The translations under genes and the position numbers were made by a program. The notes beneath the pieces are model-generated. The model ran no database searches, was not told where the DNA came from, and was given only the letters and a program-made list of their open reading frames with translations. Positions 26,062 through 38,863 of a stretch of DNA of 64,000 nt are shown here, piece by piece (positions within the stretch are counted from its first letter, which is position 1; each line of letters opens with the position of its first letter). Source of the DNA: Hyphochytrium catenoides (lineage: Eukaryota > Protista > Hyphochytriomycota); the NCBI GenBank assembly GCA_900088475.1, contig FLMG01004529.1:10985-74984 (forward strand), given 5' to 3'.

Positions 26062-26559
26062 GTGGCCACTGCAGCAGTACCACTACTGCGATCTACCTAC
26101 ACCAGCGAGGAGCTTTATTTTATCGTGATAAAGGAAGGGTATTCCAAGTTAGTGCTTCTTCTTCTTCTACGCGTTCCTGCAGCACTACTGCTAGCTACTT
26201 CTTACCGTCATTATAGCCGCAGCAGTAGTAGCTCTTTACCTCCTGATCCGTTCCATGAAAAGAGAGGTGACATTTTTGTTGATTTGTTGGTGGTGAATAC
26301 GATGATCAGTCGTTATCATAGTGACCTCTACGTGGGGATGGTGTTGTTCTGGCGAGGAGGTCCAGGTGTTGACGCTGCCGAATCTCCTTCCGCAGGTGCT
26401 GCTATCCTCCTTGTGAAGCCCCATGCAGGCGCTCTCTATATATATCGCAGGGACGACGACTGCAGACCTGCAATAATAACAGTGGAACTACAATCTCATT
26501 CTTCATTCTTCATGTCGCTTCAGGCAGCAGAATCAGAAAGCACTGTAACTACCATATAA
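26062..26559 (+). pseudogene. Decayed ankyrin-repeat-like relic
   Basis: LYFIVIKEGYSKLVLLLLL and AILLVKPHAGALYIYRRDDDCRPAI resemble ankyrin consensus halves (LH.A...G..EVV.LLL; LL..AGA.I..RD.DG.TAL). Low complexity, no ATG start. Confidence 0.3.
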
Positions 26560-26706
26560 CGCTGGCTAACAAATCTAGAACTGATTGCAGCTAAGATAAC
26601 CTCAAATTTGATAACCGCTTTGTGGTTACTCTTGCTCTGGATGGGAGGAGGAAACGGGCTCTTTTGCTGGGTTTGTAACGGTTCTGGAGGGGAGATGCTT
26701 CTCCTC

Positions 26707-26750
<44 letters not shown>

Positions 26751-28027
26751 CCGCTCCTCTCTCTCTCGCCCGCTCTCTCTCTCTCTCTCTCCCGCTCTCT
26801 CTGTCTCTCGTTTCCTCCATTTTCTCCTCCCTCTCTCTCTTCCTTCTCTTCGTCTTTGACATGTAGCAAATATCTCTCTCTCCTTGGAAGTGTTCTCCAA
26901 GTGTAAGTGTGCTCTTCTCTCCCTTTCTTGGTCAGAAAGCTTTCTACATTCCTGTGCTAATAGTTCCCCTTCAGTCGTGTCACCCTCTCCTAAAAGATAT
27001 GATACCGACCAGTTCCCCTTCTTCCCCCTCTTTTTCCCCCTCTCCTTACCACCTCAGTGCCTCTCTCTCTCTGTTTCTCTTCTCTTTTCCTCCAACCTCT
27101 TGTTTCCTCTCCCATCCTTTCTCCCTTTTGTCCTTATCTCTATGTGTCACCCTCTGGGTTCACACTCTCCCTCAGTTCGTGGCACCTCCTCTCTTGCTCT
27201 ATCTAATCCCTTCTCTTTTTTGGTCTCTCTCTCCGTCGTTCTAATCTTTCTCTCTTTCGTTGCTCTCCCTCCGTCTCCTCTCTGACTCATTGCGTTGATC
27301 GCTCTAAGGCACACTGATGTCCAACCACCTCTTCGGATCCGATCCTCCAGCGCAGTGCCCTGCCTCCATCATCCATCAGCCTTCCGCCCATCCCCCATCA
27401 TAAAAGTACCGCCGCCTCCACCCGCGAACTGGGAGGAGAAAGAGACCTCCTGATAGAGAGAGTAAGACCGAACGTGGGCAGAGACTGCAGACCGTCTGCT
27501 GCCCCTCCCGTTGCAACTATCAGGGTCTTGATATTAGCTGCATCTCTGAATGAGAGATACTTCGCCTCCAGGCCTGGAGGATGCTGGCGGTCAGGGAAAG
27601 GTCAAGTCGATGTTATGAAGTCGAACAGTGAGCGGGGCGGGGGGCGGAGGAGGAGAACTGGGGAGACAGGATAGTCTTGAGCTTCCTTCCCTCCATACGG
27701 GCCTCGTTATTTGCCCCTAATACCCCTACGTCGGCATCCGTCTTCTCTCCTCGCCTCTCACCGTCTCTCTCCTCTCTTATTAGCTTATGCCTTGAGTGTC
27801 AGGTGCTCAAGAGTACGAGGAAGGTGTTTGTTTCCTTTTTATAGCTTATTAGCGGAAGAGGAGACTGAGTGCATCTTGGTTGCTATTGGTGGGAAGGCGA
27901 AGGGCGCGCGAGGGAGAGAAAGAGAGAGGAGAGAGACACACCAGAGAGAGAGAGCGAAAGTTTTAATTGGAGAATAAGAGCAAAGAGTATATCAAGGACA
28001 ATAGGAAGACGGGGGAGAGAGAGAGAG

Positions 28028-31000
28028 ATGTATTCAATCAGTAAAAATCTGCAAGCGAAGAGAACGGTCCAACCAGTTGGACTCCAGTTCTCCCACACTC
28101 TAAATAACTTTGAGGACGTGGAGCTTGGGCGCTCTCTCGCTCTAGAGAGACAGATCGCCGAGGAGAAAGAGCAGCGAGCGGCGAGATTGGAAGAAGAGAT
28201 ATTTGGAGGAGGAGCAACGCCAGGAGGAGGAGAAAATGAAAATAAGAGAGAGATAACACGAGGATCATCCTTCCTCTCTGCCTCTTCTTCTCTCTCTCTT
28301 TCCTCTGCTCTCTCCTATAAAAGCCATCGTCCCTCCAGCGTCAAGCCAGCCTTCGCTCCCCAACAGAGTGGGGTGGGCTCGTTAAAGGAGGAGACAGAGG
28401 AAGATCGGACGAGGGAAACAGCGTCAGCAAAGACAGATATCGTGGCGGTCTCTCTCTCTTCTCCATCCATTTCTTCTGGTTCATCGCCTGCGAGCAGAAG
28501 ATCTCCGAATGCAGTGGAGAGAAGGGAATCTCGTCCTCTCCCCGCAGGAGGAAGTAAAGAGGAAAGTGGCGGAGAAAGGTCCCCCGCTGCCCATACTAGG
28601 ACGACTCTACAGCGATTTCATTTCGAAGAGGCGGAAGACAGAGGGAAAGTGAGCCCAATCAAGAGCTTGATGGGAGAGAAAGAGGAGCAGGAGATGGGGC
28701 CGGAGAGGGATTCGGACGTGGCTGAGGAGGAGAGAGACAGAGACGAATCGGAGAGTCCGTCTACTTTCTTCATCCGACCGAGATGTATTCCAGAAGAGGT
28801 ACGACAGCTCTCGTAGTCCTTCTTCGCTCTCTCCTTCTTTTCTCCCTCTTTATCCCTTTCTCACACTCTTCGTCTCTCGCTCTCTCTCTCGCTCGCTCAC
28901 TCCCCCTTCCCTCTCTGTCTCTCCTCTCTCTCTTCTGTCGCTCTCTTCTTTCTCTCTCTTTCTTTCCTCTCTCTCTCGCTCTCTCCCCCTTCCCTCTCTC
29001 TCTCCTCTCTCTCTCTCTCTTCTGTCGCTCTCTCCTCTTCTTTTCTTCCTCTTTTTTTCTCTCTCTCTCTCTCATTTTTTACCTCTCTCTCTTTTTCCAC
29101 CTCTCCCTCCTTTACCATAATATATTCCGGTCTCTTCTCTCCCATTGCACCGTGGCTTGTCTCTCCCTCTCCCTTAGCTCTCCCTTTCGCTCTTCTTTTT
29201 CTCTTGTTGCATTTTCCTTCTGTCGTCTCCGCTTCTTCATATATCTCCCTGAGCCATTTGATCTGTCCTGCACTACATGCTAACGCTTTTCCTTCTTCTT
29301 GTCGTGCAATGTGTTACGCTCTCTCCCTCTGTGCAGGAGATCCTGCTGACTAGAGAGCGAGGAGAGGTCACTCTCCCGTCACTCGCGGAGATGCTACGGC
29401 TTAGGCCACAAGCCCATCGTCTCATCCAAATTGGCTCCAATGTTGATGACTTCTTCCTACGGAAGCTTCCCAATGTAAGTGTGGAAGAGCGAGAAGAGAG
29501 AAAGTAGAAGACAAGGAGAAAGAGAGAGCACGGGAACACGCTAGTGTGCAAGAGGATAGTAGAAGGAGGAGAGAAACTGTTCGCCTTCAGCCTCCTTCGC
29601 TCCTTACTCCTCTTTCTTCTCCTCTTTCTCTAAGCCTCCTCATTTTTACTGCTCTTGCTTGTCCCTTTTTAGCTTCTTCAGTGCTAGCTTACTTGTCACA
29701 GACAGTGGCTTGGTTACTTCTTTACTACGGCCAGTGTCGGGCTGCCCCTGGCTTCTCTCAGTTCTTTCTTTTTTCTTTTATTAATCCATGATGTCAATAT
29801 ACTCTCTCTTCTTCCTTTTCTTCCTTCTCTCTTTCTCTTTCTCTTTGTCTCTCTCTCATTCTATCTTTCTCTACTCTCTCGCTCTCTCTTTCGTTCTCTC
29901 TTTCTCTCTCTCTCTCTCTCTTCCTCTCTCTTCTGCAAGATTTGGTCAGAGCTGGACAGCTTAACTTTAGACGGAAACGATCGAGTCACTTTCTCAGGTA
30001 TCAGAGCCCTGTTGCAGAGTGCTACGCAGCTGAAGAGTCTTAGACTTATCAGGTGCAATAGCCTCTTCGAAAGGTAAGAGACTAGGAGACTTAGAAGGAA
30101 GGGGAATAAGCTTGAACAGAGTCAGGGAGAGAGAGGAGAGAGAGAGAGACCAGGGCGGACAGGATCATGGATGATGCGAGAAGGAAAGGACTGGGAGAAG
30201 GGAAGCTGGAAGAAGAGGACATGCGAAGCCAGAAAGGCAGAGTAGGGGAGATGATGAACAGAGTAGGCTAGATGGACAAGCTCAATGTTAGGATTAGTAG
30301 TAGAAAAGAACATTCGTGTGCCGCCTGATATCTTTCTCTCTTTCTGCTGCAAACAGGAGAGAGACTGGAGAAAAGGAAGATGCCAGGATAGAGGAAGATC
30401 CTCAGAATAGAGAGACAAAACAGAAAGGAAAGGCTACCATCCATCATGCAAGCGAAGGTGCGACTCACGCAAAGGCAAACCTGGCTGAAATGTTACAGGT
30501 ACGTTCCTTCATAATAAGGCCTCACTCATCCTTACCATTCTGTAGCTTCTTTCTCTCTCCGCGTGGTCTCTCGCTCTCTTCTCATGTCTCTCTCCCCTCT
30601 ACTTCTAGACCTCTTTCCTCCGACTTCCAAGGACTTTGCTTGTCTCCCATGTTGGCCGTGGTGGTGCTATTGTCCTTTCTTCCCTTACATTCTCGTATTT
30701 CCTAAAGCTTTCCTGGTAGTTACTGGTCAGTCACTCCCTCTACGAAAGTACCATCTGCTTGCTTATGATCTCATGACAGCCTCATCGCGTCTGCTCGTCC
30801 TCTATCACGTGGTTGTCAGCTCTGGACCGACCATGATCCTTAGTGTTCGGAACTAACACCCTTCTGTTCACTTGTAGAAGCTTGAAGATCTCTCTCTCTC
30901 TCACTGCCGCGGAATCGATGACGCTTTTCTCTCTCTTATCACCAATGAAGAAGAAGATGAGGTAGAGGACGAAAGTGAAGGAGGGAGACGCCGGTCAGTT

Positions 31001-32917
31001 GATCTTTCGGCTGTGGGCTTCGTTGCACGCTTCAGATCCCGGCTGAAGAAGCGGTGAGACAGTCTAATCTCCTATCTGCCCCATGCCATCTGGTACCTTC
31101 TCTTCATCTCTGCTCTTCGTACCAGATCCAGTGCTTCTTTTGTTCAGCAAGAAAGGGACCACAAGTGCTTCTGTCAATCACACTACTCGCCTCCCTTTCC
31201 TAACAAAGCATCCCTCTGCTGCGCTTGGCGTTGGTACCTTAGATTAAAGGCACAACGGGCGAGTATCTTGCAATCAGCAGCGGCCAATGCAAGAGGATCG
31301 GTTGCAAACCTTAGCGCGGCGGGTCTGCAGGAAGAAGAGAGCGAGGCTGAGGAAGAGATAAAGAACAGTTTACCAAGAAAGACTCTTCCTTTAAAAAGTC
31401 TTGATTTGTCAGGCTGCAGGGTAAGCATCGCCCATCCAATTGCAAGCTTCTCTTGTCCGATCCTTCTGCCCATTGTTATTCACTCTGGCTGCCCTGCTTC
31501 AATTACATGCCGATCTCTCCGACCCTCACTCTCTCTCCCATCTTTACAGTTTGGAGACACTGGTCTGAGGCACCTCCTAGCCCGCTGTCCGGACCTGGAG
31601 ATACTCCGCCTCTCCTCCTGTTCCCAACGCTACCTCACTTCCCATGGCCTTAGGGCTATTCCCGCCTACACTCGCAGGCTGACAGCACTGGACCTCAGTG
31701 GCTGCTATCAGCTGTCTTCAAGAACGCTAAGAAGGATCAGCAAAAACTGCAAGAAGCTGAGAAGGGTAGCCCTGGTAAGAACGCCGCTGCGAACGCGCCC
31801 AATGAACCTTGTACGAGATGGTTTTGGGCTCCTTTTTTAACCAGTCGAAGGAGAGAGGATGTTTTTTCTTTAGTCGTCGTAGCTGTCCAGGGAACAAGAG
31901 CATCTAGGTCAGAAGTTTGACCTCTATTTGTTCCCCGGTCCATGTTCTTCTCGTTCCTTGGGTTCTGTTCCACCGGGCGATCCAGGCGGGCTGCGCACAG
32001 ATCGAGGATAGTGCTATCGTCATACTATCAGAGCAACTCCAAGAGCTTGAGATCGTCGATCTCTCGGCCATCAAGAAGATTACGTCCATTGCAGTCTCCA
32101 GCTTGGGAGAGAAGTAAGAAGCTCTTAACTGCCGCTAAATCTCTCATCCATTGGGGAGCGTGCGTTTATGTTTCACCAATCGTCACCAGCTCTGCTTCCT
32201 CTACTGTTACAGTTGTGCGGCCTCTATCGTCACCTTACGTTCGTATACAGGGTAACTTCCGCCTTTGACCTCCTCTCTCGCCAAATGCACCGGTGTACCT
32301 TGCTGGTCATCAGATGCGGCTGCCCTTTTCAATGCTGCTTCTTATCTGCTTTCCGTCTTGTCATTATATCTATGGACCTTCATCATCTATTCATGATATC
32401 TTTGTGGATTGTCGTCACAGGTGCAAAAAATTGCGGTGGATTAGCCTCATCGGGTGTCCGGGCATCAGTGAGCACTTTATAGCCTCCTTCAAGAAGAAAC
32501 GCCCTAGAATCACGGTGATTAGGTGAGTGGACTGTGGGCCGTGCTCGAGTATGCCGAAGTTCTCATCATCATCCCGTCTGGGCCGCAAATCTCTATTCAA
32601 GCCTTACTTTGCACGCCTTCTTCCATACTCTTCCTACCCTTGTCCTAAGCACACACTTATTGAACAATGGGATGGGTTCAGTTCCGTTGTTTCTGGCCCA
32701 TGTCCGGGGTCATTCCTCAGCACCTTGGCTCATCTCTCACATCTGGGATATTCTCTTTGTGTCGTGCAGTGGGGTACCAGTCTGTACCACCAGAGAAGAT
32801 AGAAGTTGGATCACCCGCGGAATGCCCACGCTACATCCGAAACTGGCTATGGAGAAGAAGAAAAAGAAGAAGAAAGGCAAAGGAGGAACTAAGAAAAAAG
32901 GGGCCAAAGCGAGGTAG
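28028..32917 (+). CDS. Cys-containing (F-box/LRR, AMN1-type) leucine-rich repeat protein with Lys-rich C-terminal tail
   Basis: About 10 phase-consistent GT-AG exons. Repeats: LKSLRLIRCNSL, LEDLSLSHCRGIDD, LKSLDLSGCRFGDTGL, LEILRLSSCSQ, LTALDLSGCYQL, LRRVALAGCAQIED, LRWISLIGCPGI. A strong donor AG|gtgagt at 32522 joins exon 32770-32917, which ends MEKKKKKKKGKGGTKKKGAKAR*. No F-box motif was recognised. Confidence 0.85.
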
Positions 32918-33291
32918 TGGAACAAAAATGAGAGGAGCCTTCTCGTTCTTCCCATTCCTTCAGCGGTTTGGGCGTGCTGTCCCTACCAGGCCATTGAGTC
33001 TTACGAAGGAAGACAGCACCCTGCCGTCCTGGTGTCCATGTTAGGCGTATACCCGCAGGTCTTGCTACTTTTTGTCTTCTGTCGTACGCCAGTTTTGAAT
33101 ATTTGGGCTTTATAAGGCAGGAGATAAGAGAAGATGGATTGCGGAAGGTTGGGAAAAGTAGCTGTAAGGAGGAGACTACGCAAGAATAAGAGAGAGCAAA
33201 GGGAATAACCAGAGAAATTCTAAGACGATGGAGTTGGATATAAAGTTCTTCGGTAGACGTACACTTGCTCTTTATTTCCCCTTGATATATA

Positions 33292-36200
33292 CTATACTAC
33301 CAGTTCATCCTCGAGGAAGGAGTACTCGAAGGTGAACTCCGACTTGATCCTTTGGCACCAGCCGCTCTCATAGTCAAAGTATACATAGGTACCCTGCTCA
33401 TACTCGTCCGTCGTCACTTTTGGCTCCTCGTGCCTTTGGAACCATGTCAGATACTTCTTATGATACCGCCAAGACTGCTTCTTGAGCTCCCGCGCAGCGC
33501 GATACTATGGAAGCAAAAAGCAAACGGGATGACGTTTTAGGATAGGGGTCACTAACCGAAGGCCATGAAGTCACAATCAAAGTTGTTGATGCCGAAGGAC
33601 AGCGAGATTGAAGGATTGGTAAGAGCTGAAGCACGAGATGCATAATGAAGCTTTCAAGCATTGAGGCAAGATAAAAAGGCAACGAGAGAGAAGACAAGAA
33701 GAGATCCCAACGACGTGGCAGGCACGGATATGAAGTTAAAAGTTCCAGCCAAGACGTGTAGGGCTTCAAGCGAATCACCTGCTGGTAAGTCCCTTGCTGG
33801 TAGTAAAAAATAAAGAACAGAGTGTCCGTGTCAAACTTTTCGAATATCGCAGGAGATTCGAACAGCGAGGACGGCGTTGACGGGAAGGCAGCCGGAGAAG
33901 GGAAGGGGTTCCTTGGAAGGTACTGCTTGGGCCTGGAATAGAGACAAGATCATGTTACGATGATCACATGCGAGCCAGCCATCGATGAGAGATCTCAAAT
34001 CATCAGGAGGACAGGTATGAAATGAAGCTAACCATAAGCTGAGTACGAGATGAGTTAGCGTCACGGAGAAAATAAAAGTTCACTGGCCGACTATTAAGAT
34101 CCCATTTCGGTCAATTTGAAACCTTTTCGTTTCAACTTTTTATCTTACCTCTCTGAATCATGAGTGGTTGGGATATGGTACAGACTAGCCTCTAGCACAG
34201 GGAGACTCTGCAGTTCCCCCTCGCCCAGCCGATCCTTTCCACCTAGGCAGGTTGAAGAAGGTAAGTAGGGTATACAAAATCCACGCGTTGGAAGACGAAT
34301 GAAGTAGACAGGTTCTATGAGGATGAAAAAGAGTGAGAAGCCTGGACAAAGCCACAGATTCTTAACAAGCTGGGGGTTAGGGAAAGGGCGTCGATGATGA
34401 GACAGGTAAGGGAAGGTCATCCATTCCTACCGGGATAGGATGGTCGAGCCTTCACCCAATCACCAGCAGCAGGCGCGGCAGGACCAGGCGTGACGGCGGG
34501 GACCAATGGCACAGGAGCTGGAAGTGCCGCGGCTGACGGTGCAGGAGGGGAGGCCGGAGGGGCAGAAGCGGGTCCGACCCCTTGCCTGTGTAAAGGAGAT
34601 GACTGACCTAACGCGGGAGCAGGAGGGGCCCGAGGAACTTGCGGCTGCGGGGCAAGAGGGACCGATGGAGCTGGGACGTTCGGGATCTTCTTAGCCCCAG
34701 CGATTACCCTCGATGTAGGCTGAGGAAGCAGTCCAGGCCCTTTTGCAAAAGCAGGTTCCACCTTCGAAGACTCAACTTTATCTGTCGCTATTGCTCGACC
34801 TGACTTGGCACTGTCTCCATTCTCCTCACTCGCCGCTGCCGAACTCCCAGCTGTAGTCTTCGCAGATTTAGCTTCATTTACGAGTACGCAATACCCAGGG
34901 CCAAAGAGGCGAACAAAGATATGTTAGAAAGGGTCGTCCACTCTTCGTCTGACGTGAAGGAGATGAAATAGGTATAGCGGAATAAAGCTCCGTTACCAGC
35001 GAGAGGAAGGAAAGTAGGAAGAGCGAGAGGATGGCAACGCAGGAGATTAACGGAAGAGGAGAGACCGTAAACAATAATCAGAGTCCTAGGCGGGTGGACA
35101 TTGTATTTCAGCGTACGCCAGAGTAAAAGACCGTGCAACACCGAGTAGCATAGCTCAAGAAGAATAAAAGTGAAAAGGTGGAAGGTGCAAACACAGCGAG
35201 AACAGAGAGTGCCTTCCACTTACTATCCTTAGCTTGGCTAGGCCCGCTAGCCTGCATCTCTTTACCCTTAGTCTGCTTCGAGTCGTTCTCGTTGCTCGAT
35301 GTGAGAGATCCTTTCTTCCTATTCGAGAGTTAGGGTGGTGATAAGTTATATCGAAGATGAGGACGGGGGAGAAGGAAGGTTAATGAAACTTCATCTTCTC
35401 CTACGTAGGGGGTATCACGCTAGAAGCGGGAGGCGAGGCAGAATACTGCTACGTAAGCATACGCAGGCGAAATAATGACAAACGTACAAGCGCTAGGACA
35501 TTCCAGAAGAGCATAGAGGTCTTCCAACTATGAAAGCTCAGGACAATGATTGCAAATTGCAGATGTTTTGCTTAGTAATGAAGGTGTGTAATAGGGTTAG
35601 AGGACTTGTTGCTCACCTGGCCGATGAACTAGTGGAACCATCCTCTTCTCCATTCTGATGCTTATGGTCATCTCCCTTTTCTTTCTCTCTGTGATGCGAG
35701 TCAAGCAAATTTGCCGTCTGAACAAGAGAAGCAGCCGATGCGAGCGAGTCTAAGTCCAGAGAGCCATAAATATCTTCTATATCATAGTTCTCTAGATAGT
35801 CCGCGTCCTGCAATGAAGAAGACGTCGTCAGCTCCAATGGCCCGGTCTTATCATATGGTGTTCATAGTTGTCCTCCGTCAGTCAACTCTCTCTGAAAGGT
35901 CATCGTTTCTGTCTCACTAACTCCCCAACCCGAAGGGGTAGCTATGTTCTTCCCTTCTTTGTCTTTCTCTAGGGTCTCGACGTAGCCACTTTAGCAAATA
36001 CCTGGTGTGCCTCTACGTAGTATTCCAGGTCTTCTTTGATGTTATCGACGTCTGCAGGGTCCAGCTCATCATTCTCGACTAACCGCAGGATAAGCTCCAG
36101 CTTGTCAATGTGTTGCTTATGTCGCACTAAACTCTGTTCAAACTGGTCTGACTGGTTTTTCTTCTTCCCTTTCCCTTTCATTCCTGCCTGTTTTTCTAGC

Positions 36201-37429
36201 TCTACCTCAAACTCCTAATAGCAACAAAACAGGAAGTTGCTAAGACACTGCCGGCAACGAATAAACAATGGAAAGAATAAAGAGTCCTAGAGGTGTAGGC
36301 TATCAAAAGGTAGCCTATTATAAAGCAAGCATAAACACTGAGCAAGGGTAGGATTGTTGAACGACCCTTGCGAAGGGCAGCATCCAACAGTGCTTCATGT
36401 AGATCGACGAGTAGAGAAGGAAAAAGACGAGTAGAAATCAGGCAGCGAGTAGGCAAGAAGGAAGAAGATTGGCAAAACCTCAATCTGTCGCTGTAAGGTG
36501 TCCAAGTCATCCTGAATCCAAGCTCGCGTGTCACTCTTCGCTTTCTCCTGGGGATCTAATCTTCTACCTTGCGCTAAGCCTTCCTTGCTGTATGCTTTCG
36601 TCTTCATCTCCTTCTCACACACCTGAATGACGATGGATACAGAGTAAATGACATAGCAACAGAGCAAGATGGAAGCATCATAAAGGACAAATTGTTTGGT
36701 GAAGAGGATAAGGAAAAGCTAAAGGTCAATGCCATGCCAGCTAAAAAAGCTAAAGGCAGGGTGACCCTTATGGTTGGTGGAGAAAAGGCTGCCATGTAAC
36801 ACGTCATTAGACTCTTTCCTTGAATTGTTCCATTTTAGTCTCAATAAGCTTCCTTGCTTCCAAGAGGGCTTTCTTGTCCTTAATCGAGCTATCTCCAATC
36901 CATGACTTGATCTGAAGCATAGTACAGTTAGACCCGACTGTCTTTGGGAAGGAAGGTTGTCAACTGAAGTAGAGGTTGGCACCTGATCTCGAAATCTCTG
37001 CAGTTTCTTGATCTCTTTCTTGAGATCCATCTCATATTTCTCTTTCTGGTTTTGAGAAGACGAGGAGTAGACCTTATCATGGATCTCATCGAAGAGGTCG
37101 ACACCCTCATTGACCTATCGAATGTGCTTGCTTAGCCTGAGCATCGACCAGCCATCTTGGGAATGTTCCAGAAAACAAAAGACGATCGACATGTAGAAGA
37201 AACCATATAGAGACCAACAATGTTGGCCAAAGCATGTTAACGGAGAGATATGATGAGGATAGCCTGAGCAAGTCGGGTGTGCTGAGAAAGCAAGGAGCAA
37301 AGGCTGATATAAGCATCAGTTGGGACTAGACAAGGCGCGAGGAACAAATCGCGCACATAACCTGACTCTCAGCATTACCTTTTTTAGGGTCCTTTCTATT
37401 TCACTCTGCAACTTCCTCGCTCCACTCAT
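33292..37429 (-). CDS. CNOT3: CCR4-NOT transcription complex subunit 3 (Not3/Not5)
   Basis: N-terminal [28 protein letters not shown]...[27 protein letters not shown]...[16 protein letters not shown]-terminal NOT-box [45 protein letters not shown]...[32 protein letters not shown]. Confidence 0.97.
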
Positions 37430-38863
37430 GTTATCATTCCTGCATGCGACAGAACTAATGAGTCAGCACATGTGAAACGAAGTGAATCAGTCTACTGAGA
37501 GTTTAAGATATACCTTTGTGAGAGTCCAAAGCGCTAGCAAGCGTTATCCTTGAGGATCTCTAGGCCTTCAAAAGCTTATAAGAATAGCTGCGACGTCAAG
37601 CGTGAGCTACCGATACCATACCTTCTTCGGAACCACGTATTAGCAAAGACTTAGCACCACTTCAGTTGTCGCTCTTTCCCCACGTTAGGCAGCCCACGAG
37701 GTTGTAAGACAACTAGAATACTATTGAGCTTGCTATCAGCAGTCCCTCAGAGTTTCTTAATCACTCGGTAGGTCAGCACTAATCTTCAGATTATGTACGA
37801 TTGAAGCTGCGAATCTGCAGATGCTACCTCGAATATAATTCTGGGCCTTCTGAAATCCGATAAAATGCTCTTCTAACCATCACCAGTGGAGACCTCTGTT
37901 TGGCCCCCTCAGCAAACAAACACAGGTAGGCAATATAAACTCACGATCATGTGCCCTGTTAAAGTCTAGGGCTAGAGGACTAAACACACATCCGATTGAG
38001 TGGATAGCATTTTGAGTCTGAATGGAAACCTTCATTTCTGGAGCTGAGGAAATGCCCCTGGGGGAGCTCTGAACATGGACAGATGATCTGTTGAATGAGA
38101 AAAGCAGCAGGGATTGAGGCTGAAGAAGCTTCAATCCTGTCTTCATCTTTCTCACCAGTAGTTCGATAGCGTGTCTTTGTCTATCAGACATCTTGTGCCC
38201 TTGTGACACTTGCTTGTAAAGTCGATAACGCGGGCGATGTGCTGGTCAAGTTCAAGCCCTGTAGCCAACATACGCAAGGAAGTAGCAATAGCGCCAGGCT
38301 GGGACTCAGACCCTCCTGCAATGTGTGTTCTCTTTCCCCCAAGCAAAAGTGTTGGGCTCTGTATCATAGGTCAAAGGGAGCTTTGTATCATAGGTAGGAG
38401 ACATGGAAGGAGATCTGCCGAAGTGAGAAGAAGCCACAAAGTCGAAGAATATAGGAAAGTGAACCGCTGATTTGCGGTGATCGCGGTGTAAGCCTGTTAA
38501 TGGACATTGAGGAGAAATCGAAATGCTGCGACTGCAGCTTTCTTTCAGACACTTCTTCCCTTAAAAAAGAGAATAGCCACTTCCAGTGACCAAAGGGACT
38601 CCCCATTCAATCTTTGCAGGAAACAAGTCCACGCAACCGACAACAGTAAGACGTAAAGGCAAGCTACTCCAAGGAACTTTACCTCGGTGCAGCAAAAAAT
38701 GCCTAAAGCTTCACTGTGGAGGGATCGCTTTGGAGCACAACGCCACGCGCATGTGCTTTTTGCACTTCTCCTCCCTTCACAGCCTCAAGCTCCTTGTTTG
38801 AAAACGACAAGGAATATTGCATAACTCCCGACATCGGCGTCAAAAGGCACCGAGATCTCATCC

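Noticed and set aside
32534-32917. Stand-alone 127-aa ORF with Lys-rich end
   Set aside because: Better explained as intron plus last exon of the upstream LRR gene (phase-compatible GT-AG).
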